From NCBI GenBank assembly GCA_947455435.1, contig CANGNZ010000001.1:1-63319 (forward strand): a DNA stretch of 63,319 nucleotides. The letters are read 5' to 3'. Source of the DNA: Microbacteriaceae bacterium. GTDB taxonomy: Bacteria; Actinomycetota; Actinomycetes; Actinomycetales; Microbacteriaceae. The notes below the pieces were generated by a model. It saw only the letters and a list, made by a program, of their open reading frames with translations. It had not been told where the DNA came from and made no database searches. The position numbers and the translations under genes were made by a program. Positions within the stretch are counted from its first letter, which is position 1, and each line of letters opens with the position of its first letter. Shown here one piece after another: positions 1-9,929 of the stretch.

Positions 1-125
1 CCATCACCATTGCGGCCGACAACGCCGATGCGGTCGCCTTCATTGATTCCGATGGTCAGGTCGTCAAAGACTCGCTTGGTCGGGAAATCCAGAAACAGGC
101 CTTCGGCCCCTAGTAGGTGGGCCAT
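1..125 (-). CDS. ABC-F family ATP-binding protein, 5' part (runs off window)
   Basis: Reverse strand reads MAHLLGAEGLFLDFPTKRVFDDLTIGINEGDRIGVVGRNGDG (start of Walker A); its ATG overlaps the ispE stop (TGATG). Confidence 0.8.
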   Translation of the reverse strand, partial: MAHLLGAEGLFLDFPTKRVFDDLTIGINEGDRIGVVGRNGD

Positions 126-955
126 CAGGCTTGCGCTCCCTCGGCAGGGCCGCTGGTGGCGATTCCGCGACAAACTTCGGCAATCCGAATGGCATCGGCC
201 TCGTTGGATGCCAGAGCGAGGATGGTTGGGCCTGAGCCCGAAACCATAGCCCTGAGAGCTCCGGCGGTTTCAAGGGCGTCGATGGTTTCTTGTAATTCGG
301 GGCGCAGGTGCAAGGCAGCCTGCTGAAGGTCATTGTGCAGAAGTGGCGCGATCGCCTCGGGGTCGCCCGAGCGCAGCGCCGAAACAAGTGCCATCGGGTC
401 ACGCGACTCAGGGGTCGGCCGCAATTCGTCTAGAGTGCGGTAGACCTCTGGAGTGCTAAGCCCAAAGTTTGCCGGCACGAGAACCCAGTGCAAAACACCC
501 TTGGTTTCGAGCGGGGTCAGCCGCTCGCCTTTGCCGGTGCCGAGTGCTGTGCCGCCGAGAATCGCAAACGGCACATCGGCGCCAAGCTCAACAGTTTCGC
601 TGATAGCCACTTTGGCACCAACAAGCTTTGAGACGGCAACGACTACAGCCGCCGCATCGGCCGAACCGCCGCCCATGCCACCTGCCACCGGCACCGACTT
701 GTCGATGTGAATGGCAACCGGAGCGCGGCTAACAAACTTTGCGGCACGAACCGCAAGGTTTGACTCATCGGTTGGCACGCCTTCGGTGATGCCACTGACG
801 GTCAGCGAGTATTCATGCGCAGGTTTGATGGTCACAACTTCGCGCAGGTTCAATGCGTGATAGATCGAGACAACCTCGTGGTAGCCGTCATCCAGCTTCG
901 CTCCAACGGTAAAAAACAGGTTGATCTTGCCTGGCGCGCTTACTGTGACGCTCAT
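125..955 (-). CDS. ispE: 4-diphosphocytidyl-2-C-methyl-D-erythritol kinase
   Basis: APGKINL N-terminus, GHMP kinase motif PVAGGMGGGSADAAA, LGADVPF, VSGSGPT. Confidence 0.95.
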   Translation of the reverse strand: MSVTVSAPGKINLFFTVGAKLDDGYHEVVSIYHALNLREVVTIKPAHEYSLTVSGITEGVPTDESNLAVRAAKFVSRAPVAIHIDKSVPVAGGMGGGSADAAAVVVAVSKLVGAKVAISETVELGADVPFAILGGTALGTGKGERLTPLETKGVLHWVLVPANFGLSTPEVYRTLDELRPTPESRDPMALVSALRSGDPEAIAPLLHNDLQQAALHLRPELQETIDALETAGALRAMVSGSGPTILALASNEADAIRIAEVCRGIATSGPAEGAQA

Positions 956-1269
956 CGCTCAACCTGCCCGCGAAGTCGTGTGAACATTTTTCGCCACGCC
1001 TTTTTCTGCTCGGTCACTGCTTCGGCATCTGGCAAGAGTTCGTGAGTGACTTTCACCTCACACTTCCCGAAGCCAAGCGAGACAACCTCGATACTCGCTC
1101 GGGAGCGATCGTGAAATGCAACCTGAACGTAGCCGGGGTCACGAACCACTAGGACGCGCGCAATGGAGTCGGCCGGCCAACGCTCGGCGTCGCTGAGAAT
1201 CACAAACAGCTGGCTCGCCTCGGCTGCAAAGGTCTCAAGAATTTCGAAGTGCGGAATCTGCTTAAGCAT
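952..1269 (-). CDS. Hypothetical protein, SRPBCC/START-like fold
   Basis: Overlaps both neighbours (probable start MLKQ at 1269); C-terminal VKVTHELLPDAEAVTEQKKAWRKMFTRL resembles the SRPBCC terminal strand-helix. Confidence 0.6.
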   Translation of the reverse strand: MLKQIPHFEILETFAAEASQLFVILSDAERWPADSIARVLVVRDPGYVQVAFHDRSRASIEVVSLGFGKCEVKVTHELLPDAEAVTEQKKAWRKMFTRLRGQVER

Positions 1270-2098
1270 TGGCCCTCGCGATCGCCACAAACTCGTTGAT
1301 GCCCAATGCTTCGCCGCGCAAGGTCGGGTTTACGCCGGCGCGAATGAGGAGCTCCTCAGCAAGCGCTGGGCTACCCGCAAAGTCGGCTAGCGCTTGACGC
1401 AGAGTCTTTCTGCGCTGCGAGAAAGCCGCATCGATTACCGCGAAGGTTTTTAGTCTCAGTGACTCGTCGCCGAGTGGGGTTGCTCGTTTCACAAAATAGA
1501 CCAGAGCCGAATCTACGTTTGGCACCGGCCAAAAAATGTTTCTACCCACGTTTCCGGCGAGGTTTGAATCTGCGTACCACGCGAGCTTGGCGCTTGGAAC
1601 TCCGTAGACCTTCGACCCAGGCGCAGCCGCCAGTCGGTGAGCAACCTCAGCCTGCACGAGCACGAGCCCGCGCTGAATCGAGGCGAAATGCTCCAAGAAA
1701 TGCAGCAGCACCGGAACCGAAATGTTGTAAGGCAGGTTGGCCACAAGGGCATCGGGGGCAGCTGGCAGCGAATCGATTTTGAGGGCGTCCTCGTGAATTA
1801 GGGTGAAGTCTTTGCCCGCTGCACGCGAGGCGACTGTCGCCTCAAGTGCGGCAGCCATCTTCGGGTCAATCTCTACGGCGAGAACCTTCGCGGCAACCTC
1901 GAGAAGCCCAAGGGTCAGTGAGCCAAGGCCTGGGCCGATCTCAACAACCGTTTCGTTGCCAGCGAGTTTTGCTGCCGAAACGATGCGCCTGATTGTGTTT
2001 GGGTCGGTGACAAAGTTTTGGCCAAGCTTCTTGGTTGGCACGACGTCGAGTCGCGCGGCTAGTTCGCGAATATCAGCGCCGCCGAGCAGGTCAACCAT
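1262..2098 (-). CDS. rsmA: 16S rRNA m6,2A1518/1519 dimethyltransferase
   Basis: KKLGQNF, VEIGPGLGSLT, VANLPYNI motifs; start trimmed to MVDLLG. Confidence 0.95.
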   Translation of the reverse strand: MVDLLGGADIRELAARLDVVPTKKLGQNFVTDPNTIRRIVSAAKLAGNETVVEIGPGLGSLTLGLLEVAAKVLAVEIDPKMAAALEATVASRAAGKDFTLIHEDALKIDSLPAAPDALVANLPYNISVPVLLHFLEHFASIQRGLVLVQAEVAHRLAAAPGSKVYGVPSAKLAWYADSNLAGNVGRNIFWPVPNVDSALVYFVKRATPLGDESLRLKTFAVIDAAFSQRRKTLRQALADFAGSPALAEELLIRAGVNPTLRGEALGINEFVAIARANA

Positions 2099-2972
2099 TC
2101 CAGGCTCCGTATACGGCAAGGGTGTTTGCGGTGAGTTGGGCAGAAATCTCGTTTACCTCAACCTCGCGCACCTCGGCGATTTTGCGAACCGTGATCGGCA
2201 CGAGGTAACTGGCGTTTGGCCTGCCACGGTATGGCTCCGGGGTTAGAAAAGGCGCATCGGTTTCGACCAAGATCAGTTCTTTGCGCGCAATCGCAAGCGA
2301 ATCGCGCAGGTGTTGGTTGCGCTTGATTGTGATGTTGCCTGCGAACGACATGTACCAACCGTTTTTGTTGCAAGTCTCGGCCAGGTCAACATCGCCCGAG
2401 TAGCAGTGAAAAACCACCTTCTCGGGTGCCCCGACTCGCTTTAGGGTTTCGACAACCTCGGCATGCGCCTCGCGGTCGTGAATCATCAGTGCGATGTTGT
2501 TCTCTTTGGCGATGCGAATGTGTTCCTCGAAAGAATATTTCTGCAACGCGATGGACTCATCGCCCTCGGTTCTAAAGAAATCAAGACCGGTCTCGCCAAT
2601 TGCGCGAACCCTCGGCTGAGTTGCGAGTTCGGCGATTTCGGCAATCGCGACATCTAGAGCGGCACGTGTTTCGTAAAGCGGGGCTTCGTTTGGGTGAATC
2701 GCCACTGCGGCGAGAACTCGATCATGCTTCGCGGCAAGCCCTGCAGACCACTTGGACGACTCGAGCGTGACACCAACCTGAACCACGCCAAGGATTCCGG
2801 CGGCAGTTGCACGGTCGAGCTGTTCGACAACGCTCAGCGGCTCGTCGCCGTCTTCGATGTCTAAGTGCGTGTGGTTGTCGTAGGTGCCAACCTCGAGCGG
2901 CTCAGGCAGCGGAGGGTAACGAAGATCTCTGGTGCTCTCGCCGGCATTTCTTGCACGGATGTGCTCACCCAC
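2091..2972 (-). CDS. tatD: TatD family deoxyribonuclease
   Basis: DNHTHLD, AIHPN, IGETGLDF, IHDREA, FHCYSG, VETDAPFL; probable GTG start at 2972 just after metG. Confidence 0.92.
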   Translation of the reverse strand: MGEHIRARNAGESTRDLRYPPLPEPLEVGTYDNHTHLDIEDGDEPLSVVEQLDRATAAGILGVVQVGVTLESSKWSAGLAAKHDRVLAAVAIHPNEAPLYETRAALDVAIAEIAELATQPRVRAIGETGLDFFRTEGDESIALQKYSFEEHIRIAKENNIALMIHDREAHAEVVETLKRVGAPEKVVFHCYSGDVDLAETCNKNGWYMSFAGNITIKRNQHLRDSLAIARKELILVETDAPFLTPEPYRGRPNASYLVPITVRKIAEVREVEVNEISAQLTANTLAVYGAWNG

Positions 2973-2973
2973 G

Positions 2974-4560
2974 TTATTTGCTTTCGTCTGCGATTTCGAT
3001 GCGTGGGAACAACGCCTCGAGTTCGCCGAGCTTGGTGCCGGCGGTGATTCCGCCCCAGACGCCCGCGCTCGAAATTGTTGAAGCGTGGTCGATGCCAAGA
3101 GCGGCTGCTAGCTTCGCTGTGGCTTTTGGCATAACCGGAGCGAGCAGGATTGCGAGCGAGCGCAAGCCGTCGATCGTCGTGTAAAGCACGGTGCCGAGGC
3201 GTTCACGGTTCGCCTCTTCTTTGGCTAGAACCCATGGCTCCTGCACTGTGATGTAGGTATTCAATTCGTCAACTAGTGCCCAAACCGAGCCAATTGCTTC
3301 GTGAATCGCGATTTTGTCGATAGCGGCATCGGCCTCGGTGGCCGCTTTGGCGGCGACGCGCTGAACCTGAAGGTCTGCCTCGGAGTATTCAGCCGGAGCA
3401 GGCACAACTCCCTCAAAGTAGCGGTTCACCATCGCGATTGAGCGAGAAGCCAGGTTGCCGAAACCGTTAGCCAATTCTGACTGATAGCGAGCCGAGAGGT
3501 CCTCCCACGAAAACGAACCGTCTTGGCCGAACGCGATTGCTTTCATGAAGTAGTAGCGGAATGCGTCCGAGCCAAATGTTTCGGTGATCTGCGAAGGCGC
3601 GATACCGGTGAGCTTTGACTTCGACATCTTCTCGCCGCCAACTAGCAACCAGCCGTGGCCAAAAACCTGTTTCGGGGTTTCCAGACCGGCAGCCATGAGC
3701 ATCGCCGGCCAGATCACTGCGTGAAAGCGCAGGATGTCTTTGCCGACCACCTGAACGTCGGCTGGCCAAAGCGAGGCAAACTTTGCTTCGTCTTCGCCGT
3801 AACCGATTGCGGTGATGTAGTTAAGTAGAGCGTCGAACCAGACATAGGTAATGTGCGAGTCATCCCAAGGAATATCAATTCCCCAGTCGAACTTCTCTTT
3901 CGAACGCGAAATCGAAAGGTCTTCTAGGCCGCGGCGAACGAAAGAAACGACTTCGTTACGAGCCGACTCCGGCTGAATGAAGGTTGGGTTTTCGTTGTAA
4001 AGCGCAAGCAATCGGTCTTCAAACTCTGAAAGTTTGAAAAAGTAGTTTGTCTCTTCGAGCTTCTCGACCGGGCGGGTGTGAATCGCGCAAACCGGCTGAC
4101 CTTCAAAGGCGCCTTCGCCGTCGATTAGATCGGCATCGGTCTTGTACTCCTCGCAGCCAACACAGTAGTTGCCCTCGTATGATCCACGGTAGATGAAACC
4201 GGTGTCGTAGAGGTGCTGCAAGAACTTTTGGACGTTCTTTTCGTGGCGCGGTTCGGTGGTGCGAATGAAGTCTTGGTTATCGATGTCGATCGTCTCGAGC
4301 AGCGGTAGCCAAGAGTCTCGAACAAGTGCGTCGGCCCAGTCCTGAGGTTCGGCCTTGTTTGCGACAGCCGTGCGCAGAATCTTTTCGCCGTGCTCATCGG
4401 TTCCGGTTAGCAAGAACGAGTTCTCGCCACGCTGACGATGCCAACGGGTTAGAACGTCGGCGGCAACCTCGGTGTAGGCGTGGCCGATGTGCGGGGCATC
4501 GTTCACATAAAAAATCGGCGTCGTGGCATAGAACGACGTTCCGTTTGGCGAGGTTGGCAT
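2974..4560 (-). CDS. metG: Methionine--tRNA ligase (short form, no C-terminal tRNA-binding domain)
   Basis: TTPIFYVNDAPHIGHAY (HIGH), GTDEHG, KMSKS; TAAGAT -10 lies 7 nt before the ATG. Confidence 0.97.
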   Translation of the reverse strand: MPTSPNGTSFYATTPIFYVNDAPHIGHAYTEVAADVLTRWHRQRGENSFLLTGTDEHGEKILRTAVANKAEPQDWADALVRDSWLPLLETIDIDNQDFIRTTEPRHEKNVQKFLQHLYDTGFIYRGSYEGNYCVGCEEYKTDADLIDGEGAFEGQPVCAIHTRPVEKLEETNYFFKLSEFEDRLLALYNENPTFIQPESARNEVVSFVRRGLEDLSISRSKEKFDWGIDIPWDDSHITYVWFDALLNYITAIGYGEDEAKFASLWPADVQVVGKDILRFHAVIWPAMLMAAGLETPKQVFGHGWLLVGGEKMSKSKLTGIAPSQITETFGSDAFRYYFMKAIAFGQDGSFSWEDLSARYQSELANGFGNLASRSIAMVNRYFEGVVPAPAEYSEADLQVQRVAAKAATEADAAIDKIAIHEAIGSVWALVDELNTYITVQEPWVLAKEEANRERLGTVLYTTIDGLRSLAILLAPVMPKATAKLAAALGIDHASTISSAGVWGGITAGTKLGELEALFPRIEIADESK

Positions 4561-4565
4561 AAGAA

Positions 4566-5384
4566 CTATCTTAACGCTCTGGCTTCAAGGGCTGCTTGGT
4601 AGAGCGCACTCTTCGAAACCCCGTGACGCTCGGCAATTAGGGCGACTGCCTGCTTGAGCCCATTGGTTTTATCTGCCAAGACTTCCTCGACCAGCGATTC
4701 GATTGAAACCTCCCGAACCTCGGCGCCCGCAACAACGATCACCATCTCGCCCTTTGGGTCGGTCTTAGCCCACTCGACAAGCTCTGCCAACGTTGCTCGC
4801 TCGGTGTGCTCGAACTTTTTGGTGAGTTCACGGCTCACCGTTGCTTGGCGTTCGGCACCAAAAATGGCGGACGCATCCTCGAGCGCTTCCTTAATTCGGT
4901 GCGGTGATTCAAAAAACACCATCGTGCGTTGTTCTTCGGCGAGCGCGGTAAAGGTTTTGCGTCGGTCGCCGGACTTGCGCGGCAGGAAGCCTTCAAAGGT
5001 GAAGCGGTCGGTTGGTAGGCCCGATACGGCGAGCGCCGACAGCACAGCTGATGGCCCTGGAATAACCGTAACTTCGACCCCTGCTTCGACGGCTGCGCGC
5101 ACAAGCAAAAAGCCAGGGTCGCTAACCGTGGGCATCCCGGCGTCGCTCACCACCAAAACGTCCGCGGTTTTTGCAAGCTCGACAAGCTGAGTCAAGCGTT
5201 CTGCCTCGTTGTGTTCGTGCAAGCTGAATAGCCTGGCTTCGTGGCGAACTCCGAGCGCGTGCACCAGGTTCAGCAGTGTGCGAGTGTCTTCGGCGGCGAT
5301 GTAAGGCAACGTGGTTATTGCCTCGACCAGACGCGGCGAAGCGTCGCCAAGGTTGCCGATAGGTGTTGCCGCAAGGATGATCAC
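4566..5384 (-). CDS. rsmI: 16S rRNA C1402 2'-O-methyltransferase
   Basis: ATPIGNLGD, AAEDTR, VSDAGMPTVSDPG, FEGFLPRK, RELTKKFE. Confidence 0.95.
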   Translation of the reverse strand: MIILAATPIGNLGDASPRLVEAITTLPYIAAEDTRTLLNLVHALGVRHEARLFSLHEHNEAERLTQLVELAKTADVLVVSDAGMPTVSDPGFLLVRAAVEAGVEVTVIPGPSAVLSALAVSGLPTDRFTFEGFLPRKSGDRRKTFTALAEEQRTMVFFESPHRIKEALEDASAIFGAERQATVSRELTKKFEHTERATLAELVEWAKTDPKGEMVIVVAGAEVREVSIESLVEEVLADKTNGLKQAVALIAERHGVSKSALYQAALEARALR

Positions 5385-5413
5385 GCTCTATTCTCGCAAA
5401 CTAGGCTGGAGCA

Positions 5414-6760
5414 GTGAAGTTTCTGGACAGGTTTGGCATTTGGGCCATTCTCGCGGTTGGCGCTTTTGCGCGACTTTGGGACCTCGGCTACCCGCACAAA
5501 CTGGTGTTCGACGAAACCTATTACGTCAAAGACGCTTGGACTTTGAGCGCCGCTGGCCACGAATTGGCATGGCCAAACAACCCAAACCCCGCCTTTGAAG
5601 CCGGGCACGTGAACGGGTTCCTGAACACCCCTGCTTACGTAGTTCACCCACCGCTGGGTAAGTGGATCATCGCTCTGGGTATGCGGGTGTTTGGGGCCGA
5701 AAACCCGGTCGGCTGGCGAATCTCCGTCGCCCTCGTTGGCATCGCCATGATTTACCTGACTTTTGCGGTAGCTCGACGAGTTCTCAATTCGAGCCGCTGG
5801 GGGCTCTTCGTTGCCGGGCTATTTGCAATCGACGGCGAAGCAATCGTCATGGCACGCACGGGCTTGCTCGATACCTTTTTGGCTTTTTTCGCGTTGCTCG
5901 GGTTCTATTTCATGCTTCGCGACTTCGAACGCCAAAACGAATCACTCTGGCGGCGACCTTGGTTGGTGGCGATGGCAGTTTCGCTGGGAGCTGCAACGGC
6001 CGTCAAATGGTCTGGCAGCTACTTTTTGGCGGCGTTCTGCTTGTACGTCGTGGGTCGATTCGCCTTTTCAACTAAAGACTTCTGGGGCAGCATCCAAAAA
6101 GCCACCGCCACGTTCTTCATAACGGTCCCGGTTGCAGTCGCAACCTATCTTGTTAGCTGGACCGGTTGGTTTGTGACTGCAGGCGGCTACGGAAAGGCCG
6201 CCGACCAAAATCCTTTGGTTGCGTTACTCAAGTACCACGAAGGCGCTTACAACTTTCACGTCAACCTGACTACCGAACACCCCTATTCGGCAAACCCGTT
6301 CACCTGGTTGTTTATGGTGCGCCCGACCTCGTTCTTTTATGAAAGTTGCGGAACCGGTTGCTCGACGGCAATCACCGCAATTGGCAACCCGCTCATTTGG
6401 TGGGCTGGTGCGATTGCCGTGATTTCGGTCTTTTTGACCTGGATAACCAAGCGAGATCGCACCTCTTCGTTGGTTTTGCTCGGCTTGCTTGGCGGATTTG
6501 TCCCTTGGTTGTTTTTCACTCAGCGAACAGTCTTTTGGTTTTACACAATTGCCTTCGAGTTCTGGGTTTTGCTAGCCATAGCGCTACTCCTAAAACGAAC
6601 CGTGGAATTATCGACTAGACCAAACCTCGCTAAGCGGTGGATTTGGGTTTACGTTTGGCTTTGCGCCGCAGCGTCAATTTTCTTTTACCCAATTTGGGTC
6701 GGGGCCAAGATTCCTTACTGGTTCTGGCTCGCGCACATGTGGTTACCTTCTTGGATTTAG
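5414..6760 (+). CDS. pmt: Dolichyl/polyprenyl-phosphate-mannose--protein O-mannosyltransferase (GT39)
   Basis: VFDETYY, VHPPLGKW, KWSG, GNPLIWW; multi-TM; divergent from rsmI as in other actinobacteria. Confidence 0.9.
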   Translation: MKFLDRFGIWAILAVGAFARLWDLGYPHKLVFDETYYVKDAWTLSAAGHELAWPNNPNPAFEAGHVNGFLNTPAYVVHPPLGKWIIALGMRVFGAENPVGWRISVALVGIAMIYLTFAVARRVLNSSRWGLFVAGLFAIDGEAIVMARTGLLDTFLAFFALLGFYFMLRDFERQNESLWRRPWLVAMAVSLGAATAVKWSGSYFLAAFCLYVVGRFAFSTKDFWGSIQKATATFFITVPVAVATYLVSWTGWFVTAGGYGKAADQNPLVALLKYHEGAYNFHVNLTTEHPYSANPFTWLFMVRPTSFFYESCGTGCSTAITAIGNPLIWWAGAIAVISVFLTWITKRDRTSSLVLLGLLGGFVPWLFFTQRTVFWFYTIAFEFWVLLAIALLLKRTVELSTRPNLAKRWIWVYVWLCAAASIFFYPIWVGAKIPYWFWLAHMWLPSWI

Positions 6761-6772
6761 GCTAGAAGCCTA

Positions 6773-7951
6773 ATGGGCTCATACACCGCGGTACTCAAGC
6801 GTCCTGGCGTCGTTCGCATCCTGCTTTCACAACTCGCAGCCCGATGGGCTTTTGGCATGATGTCGCTCGCATTTGTTTTGCACGTGCAGCAGGTGACGCA
6901 CTCCTACGCAATTGCCGGCTTCACGCTAGGCGCCGAAACTTTGGGAGCAAGCATCGCTGGCCCAATGCTCGGCCGATTGATTCCAAAACTTGGCATTCGG
7001 CCAATAGTTTTCACCACGTCAACCATCGGCGCTTCTGCGATGGTTTTGATCGGCTTGAACGATGGCTCATTGCCAGCGTTGCTCATTTTCCTGGGTTTTG
7101 CGGTTGGCATCACCTCCCCGCCGATTCAACAAATCGTGCGCCCGATCTACCCGAGCCTCATCTCGAAAGAAGAAACCAACCACCTCTTCGCTCTCGACGC
7201 CAACCTTCAAGAGGTAATTTGGGTGGTTGGCCCTATTTTGGCTACCTTCATTGCCGCAAACGCCGGTAGCGAATGGGCCCTCTACACGATGGCTGCAATC
7301 CAGCTGGCTGGCTGCTACACCTTTGCGGCAAACCGCGAAGTTCGTAGCGCAAAGATGACCCCGTCAAAGCACCGCATGGGCAGAGTTCTAAAAAGCAAAG
7401 TCGTGCTGAGCAACGTCGCAATGGGAATGTTGCTAGTTGGCTCCTTCGGTGGCGCCGAGGTTGGCACCGTCGCGGTGATCACCGATCGAAACGTTTCTGG
7501 AGTTGTCCTGGCCGCACTATCGTTCGGCTCCCTGGTCGGCGGTTTTGCTTTTGGTCACCGCGCCAAAACCAAATACGCACTCAGCAAGTTCTTTGCGCTG
7601 TCTGCACTCGGCTATTCGCTAATCTTCATCAACCCGACTTCGGCCATCTGGGTCGGTGTTTGCTGGTTCATTGCCGGGCTCGGCATTGCGCCAATCTTTG
7701 CGAACCTCGCAAGCATCATCGCGATCAAGCTAAACCCAACCGAGAGCGTTGAAGCGTACGGCTGGATCTCTACCGGTCAGCTGGTTGGATACTCTTCGGC
7801 AGCAGCCGTTGCCGGCATTGCGGTTGACACAATCAGCCCGATAGCCGCCTTTGGCGTGTCAATTGCTGCAGGCGTCCTCGGCCTTATCGTCGCTCTCGTT
7901 TCGTTACCTTTCACTCCAACCCCGCCATCAACAGACAAGGCAGACCATTGA
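6773..7951 (+). CDS. MFS transporter
   Basis: About 12 hydrophobic segments, GRLIPKLGIR motif-A-like loop. Confidence 0.85.
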   Translation: MGSYTAVLKRPGVVRILLSQLAARWAFGMMSLAFVLHVQQVTHSYAIAGFTLGAETLGASIAGPMLGRLIPKLGIRPIVFTTSTIGASAMVLIGLNDGSLPALLIFLGFAVGITSPPIQQIVRPIYPSLISKEETNHLFALDANLQEVIWVVGPILATFIAANAGSEWALYTMAAIQLAGCYTFAANREVRSAKMTPSKHRMGRVLKSKVVLSNVAMGMLLVGSFGGAEVGTVAVITDRNVSGVVLAALSFGSLVGGFAFGHRAKTKYALSKFFALSALGYSLIFINPTSAIWVGVCWFIAGLGIAPIFANLASIIAIKLNPTESVEAYGWISTGQLVGYSSAAAVAGIAVDTISPIAAFGVSIAAGVLGLIVALVSLPFTPTPPSTDKADH

Positions 7952-8229
7952 ACACCTTCGCCGTGAACTACTTCTATTCCGCCGACGACGCAGCACTGGC
8001 CGAGATTCGCCCGATTCACCGCGAGTGGCTAAAAGGTCTCTACGAGGCTGGGACCCTGCTAGCAAGCGGCCCGATGGTCGACAACCCTGGTGCACTCCTG
8101 ATCTTCAAGGCTGAAAGCGTCGAGGCACTGAGCTCGTTGCTAGACAACGACCCTTTCGACATCGCCGGTTTCATCGGCGAAAGAGTTGTAACTCAATGGA
8201 ATCCTGTGTTCGGCCCTTGGGTTAGTTAG
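7948..8229 (+). CDS. YciI family protein
   Basis: RPIHREWL, LLASGP, GALLIF, DPF motifs. Confidence 0.85.
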   Translation: MNTFAVNYFYSADDAALAEIRPIHREWLKGLYEAGTLLASGPMVDNPGALLIFKAESVEALSSLLDNDPFDIAGFIGERVVTQWNPVFGPWVS

Positions 8230-8232
8230 ATC

Positions 8233-9069
8233 ATGACCTTCACGCCTGAGCAAAACCCCAGAATCCAACTCAACAGCGGGCAGCTCATGCCGCAACTCGG
8301 CCTCGGCGTATACAAAGTTGGCCAAGACATCGGCGTTGAACTGGTAAAAGCTGCCATCGAGGTTGGCTACCGCCGGTTCGACACGGCCGCGCTTTACGAC
8401 AACGAATTCGAAATAGGTGCGGGCATTCGCCAGTCGGGTCTCGACCGCGAACAGGTTTTTGTAACCACGAAGATTTGGAACGACCGCCAAGGTTTCGACA
8501 ATGCAACAGAGGCAATAGACGAAGCACTTGGTCGACTCAATGTCGAATACATCGACATGTTGCTGATTCACTGGCCGTGCCCAAAGCAGAACCTATTTGT
8601 TGAAACCTGGCGGGCATTCGAAAAAGCCCTCGAGGGTGGCAAGATTCGGGGAATCGGCGTGAGCAACTTCAACCCACACCACCTAGACGAATTGCTGTCT
8701 AAAACCAATGTCGTTCCGGCCCTGAACCAGGTCGAGCTTCACCCCGCACTGCAGCAAGCAGACGTTCGAACCTACAACAGCGAGCACGGCATAGCAACCG
8801 AAGCGTGGTCACCTCTCGGGCGTGGGCGCTTTGGCGACAACCCTTCGCTCTTGGCGATCGCTGCAAAGCACCACAAAACCGTAGCCCAGGTAATAATCCG
8901 CTGGCACATTGAACTCGGCAACCTTGTTATTCCTAAAACATCAAACCCAGAACGCCTAAAAGAAAACATTGACGTGTTCAATTTTGAACTTGACGCAAGC
9001 GACATGGCCGCTATAGCAACACTCAACACCGGCGAACGCGTCGGCCCAAACCCCGACGATTTAGGTTAA
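8233..9069 (+). CDS. Aldo/keto reductase (2,5-DKG reductase-like)
   Basis: GLGVY, FDTAALYDNE, LLIHWP, IGVSNF, IPKTSNPERL. Confidence 0.93.
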   Translation: MTFTPEQNPRIQLNSGQLMPQLGLGVYKVGQDIGVELVKAAIEVGYRRFDTAALYDNEFEIGAGIRQSGLDREQVFVTTKIWNDRQGFDNATEAIDEALGRLNVEYIDMLLIHWPCPKQNLFVETWRAFEKALEGGKIRGIGVSNFNPHHLDELLSKTNVVPALNQVELHPALQQADVRTYNSEHGIATEAWSPLGRGRFGDNPSLLAIAAKHHKTVAQVIIRWHIELGNLVIPKTSNPERLKENIDVFNFELDASDMAAIATLNTGERVGPNPDDLG

Positions 9070-9071
9070 AG

Positions 9072-9929
9072 TTGCGCGTATTAATTTCTGGCTACACAGG
9101 TCTAGTTGGCACCGAAGTTGCACGTCAACTTCGTGAGGCTGGCCACGAAGCAATCAAGCTTGAGCGAAACGAACCAAATCTTGCCGGTTTGATCGAAACC
9201 GTGGACGCAGTGGTGAACCTCGCAGGGGCAACCACCGGCAAGATTCCTTGGACCAAAAAATATAAGGAAGAGATTTTTTCGTCCCGCATCGAAACAACGA
9301 AAAAGATCGTGAACGCCATCAACTCGGCAAAAAAGAAGCCAAAGGTCTTGGTGAGCGGCTCCGCGTCTGGCTTCTATGGCGACTGCGGTGACGAGTGGCT
9401 CGACGAAACCTCACCGAAGGGAACCGGCTTTCTTTCGGACCTCGCCGCGCTCTGGGAGTCGGAGGCCCTGAAGGCCGACACCCGCGTGGTGCTGGCACGC
9501 ACGACAATGGTGATGTCTCGCGCCAAAGGTGCACTTGGCAAACTGTTGCCCCTAATCAAATTTGGAATTGGTGGACCACTTGGCTCGGGTAAACAGTGGT
9601 GGGCCTTCATCAGCTTGCAAGACGAGGCAGCCGCGATAATTCACCTGATTAATACCCCAAACGCTATCGGTGCATACAACCTGACAGCACCAGAACCGGC
9701 TACCTGTGCGCAAATTGTGAAGTCGCTAGCTCGAGGGCTTCGCCGACCTGCTATTTTGAAGGTCCCCGCCTTTGCCATGAAACTTCTTATCGGCGAGGCA
9801 GCAGTCGAACTTCTACTCTGCAGCCAGAAGATGAAAGCCGACAGACTGATCGCAACCGGTTTCACCTTCAGCCAACCAACGCTCGAACAGGCAAGCGCCT
9901 ACGTGTTGTCTGACGAATTACCCAACTGA
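9072..9929 (+). CDS. TIGR01777 family NAD-dependent epimerase/oxidoreductase
   Basis: ISGYTGLVG Rossmann motif, VNLAG, SASGFYG, GGPLGSGKQW, GFTF C-terminus. Confidence 0.88.
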   Translation: MRVLISGYTGLVGTEVARQLREAGHEAIKLERNEPNLAGLIETVDAVVNLAGATTGKIPWTKKYKEEIFSSRIETTKKIVNAINSAKKKPKVLVSGSASGFYGDCGDEWLDETSPKGTGFLSDLAALWESEALKADTRVVLARTTMVMSRAKGALGKLLPLIKFGIGGPLGSGKQWWAFISLQDEAAAIIHLINTPNAIGAYNLTAPEPATCAQIVKSLARGLRRPAILKVPAFAMKLLIGEAAVELLLCSQKMKADRLIATGFTFSQPTLEQASAYVLSDELPN

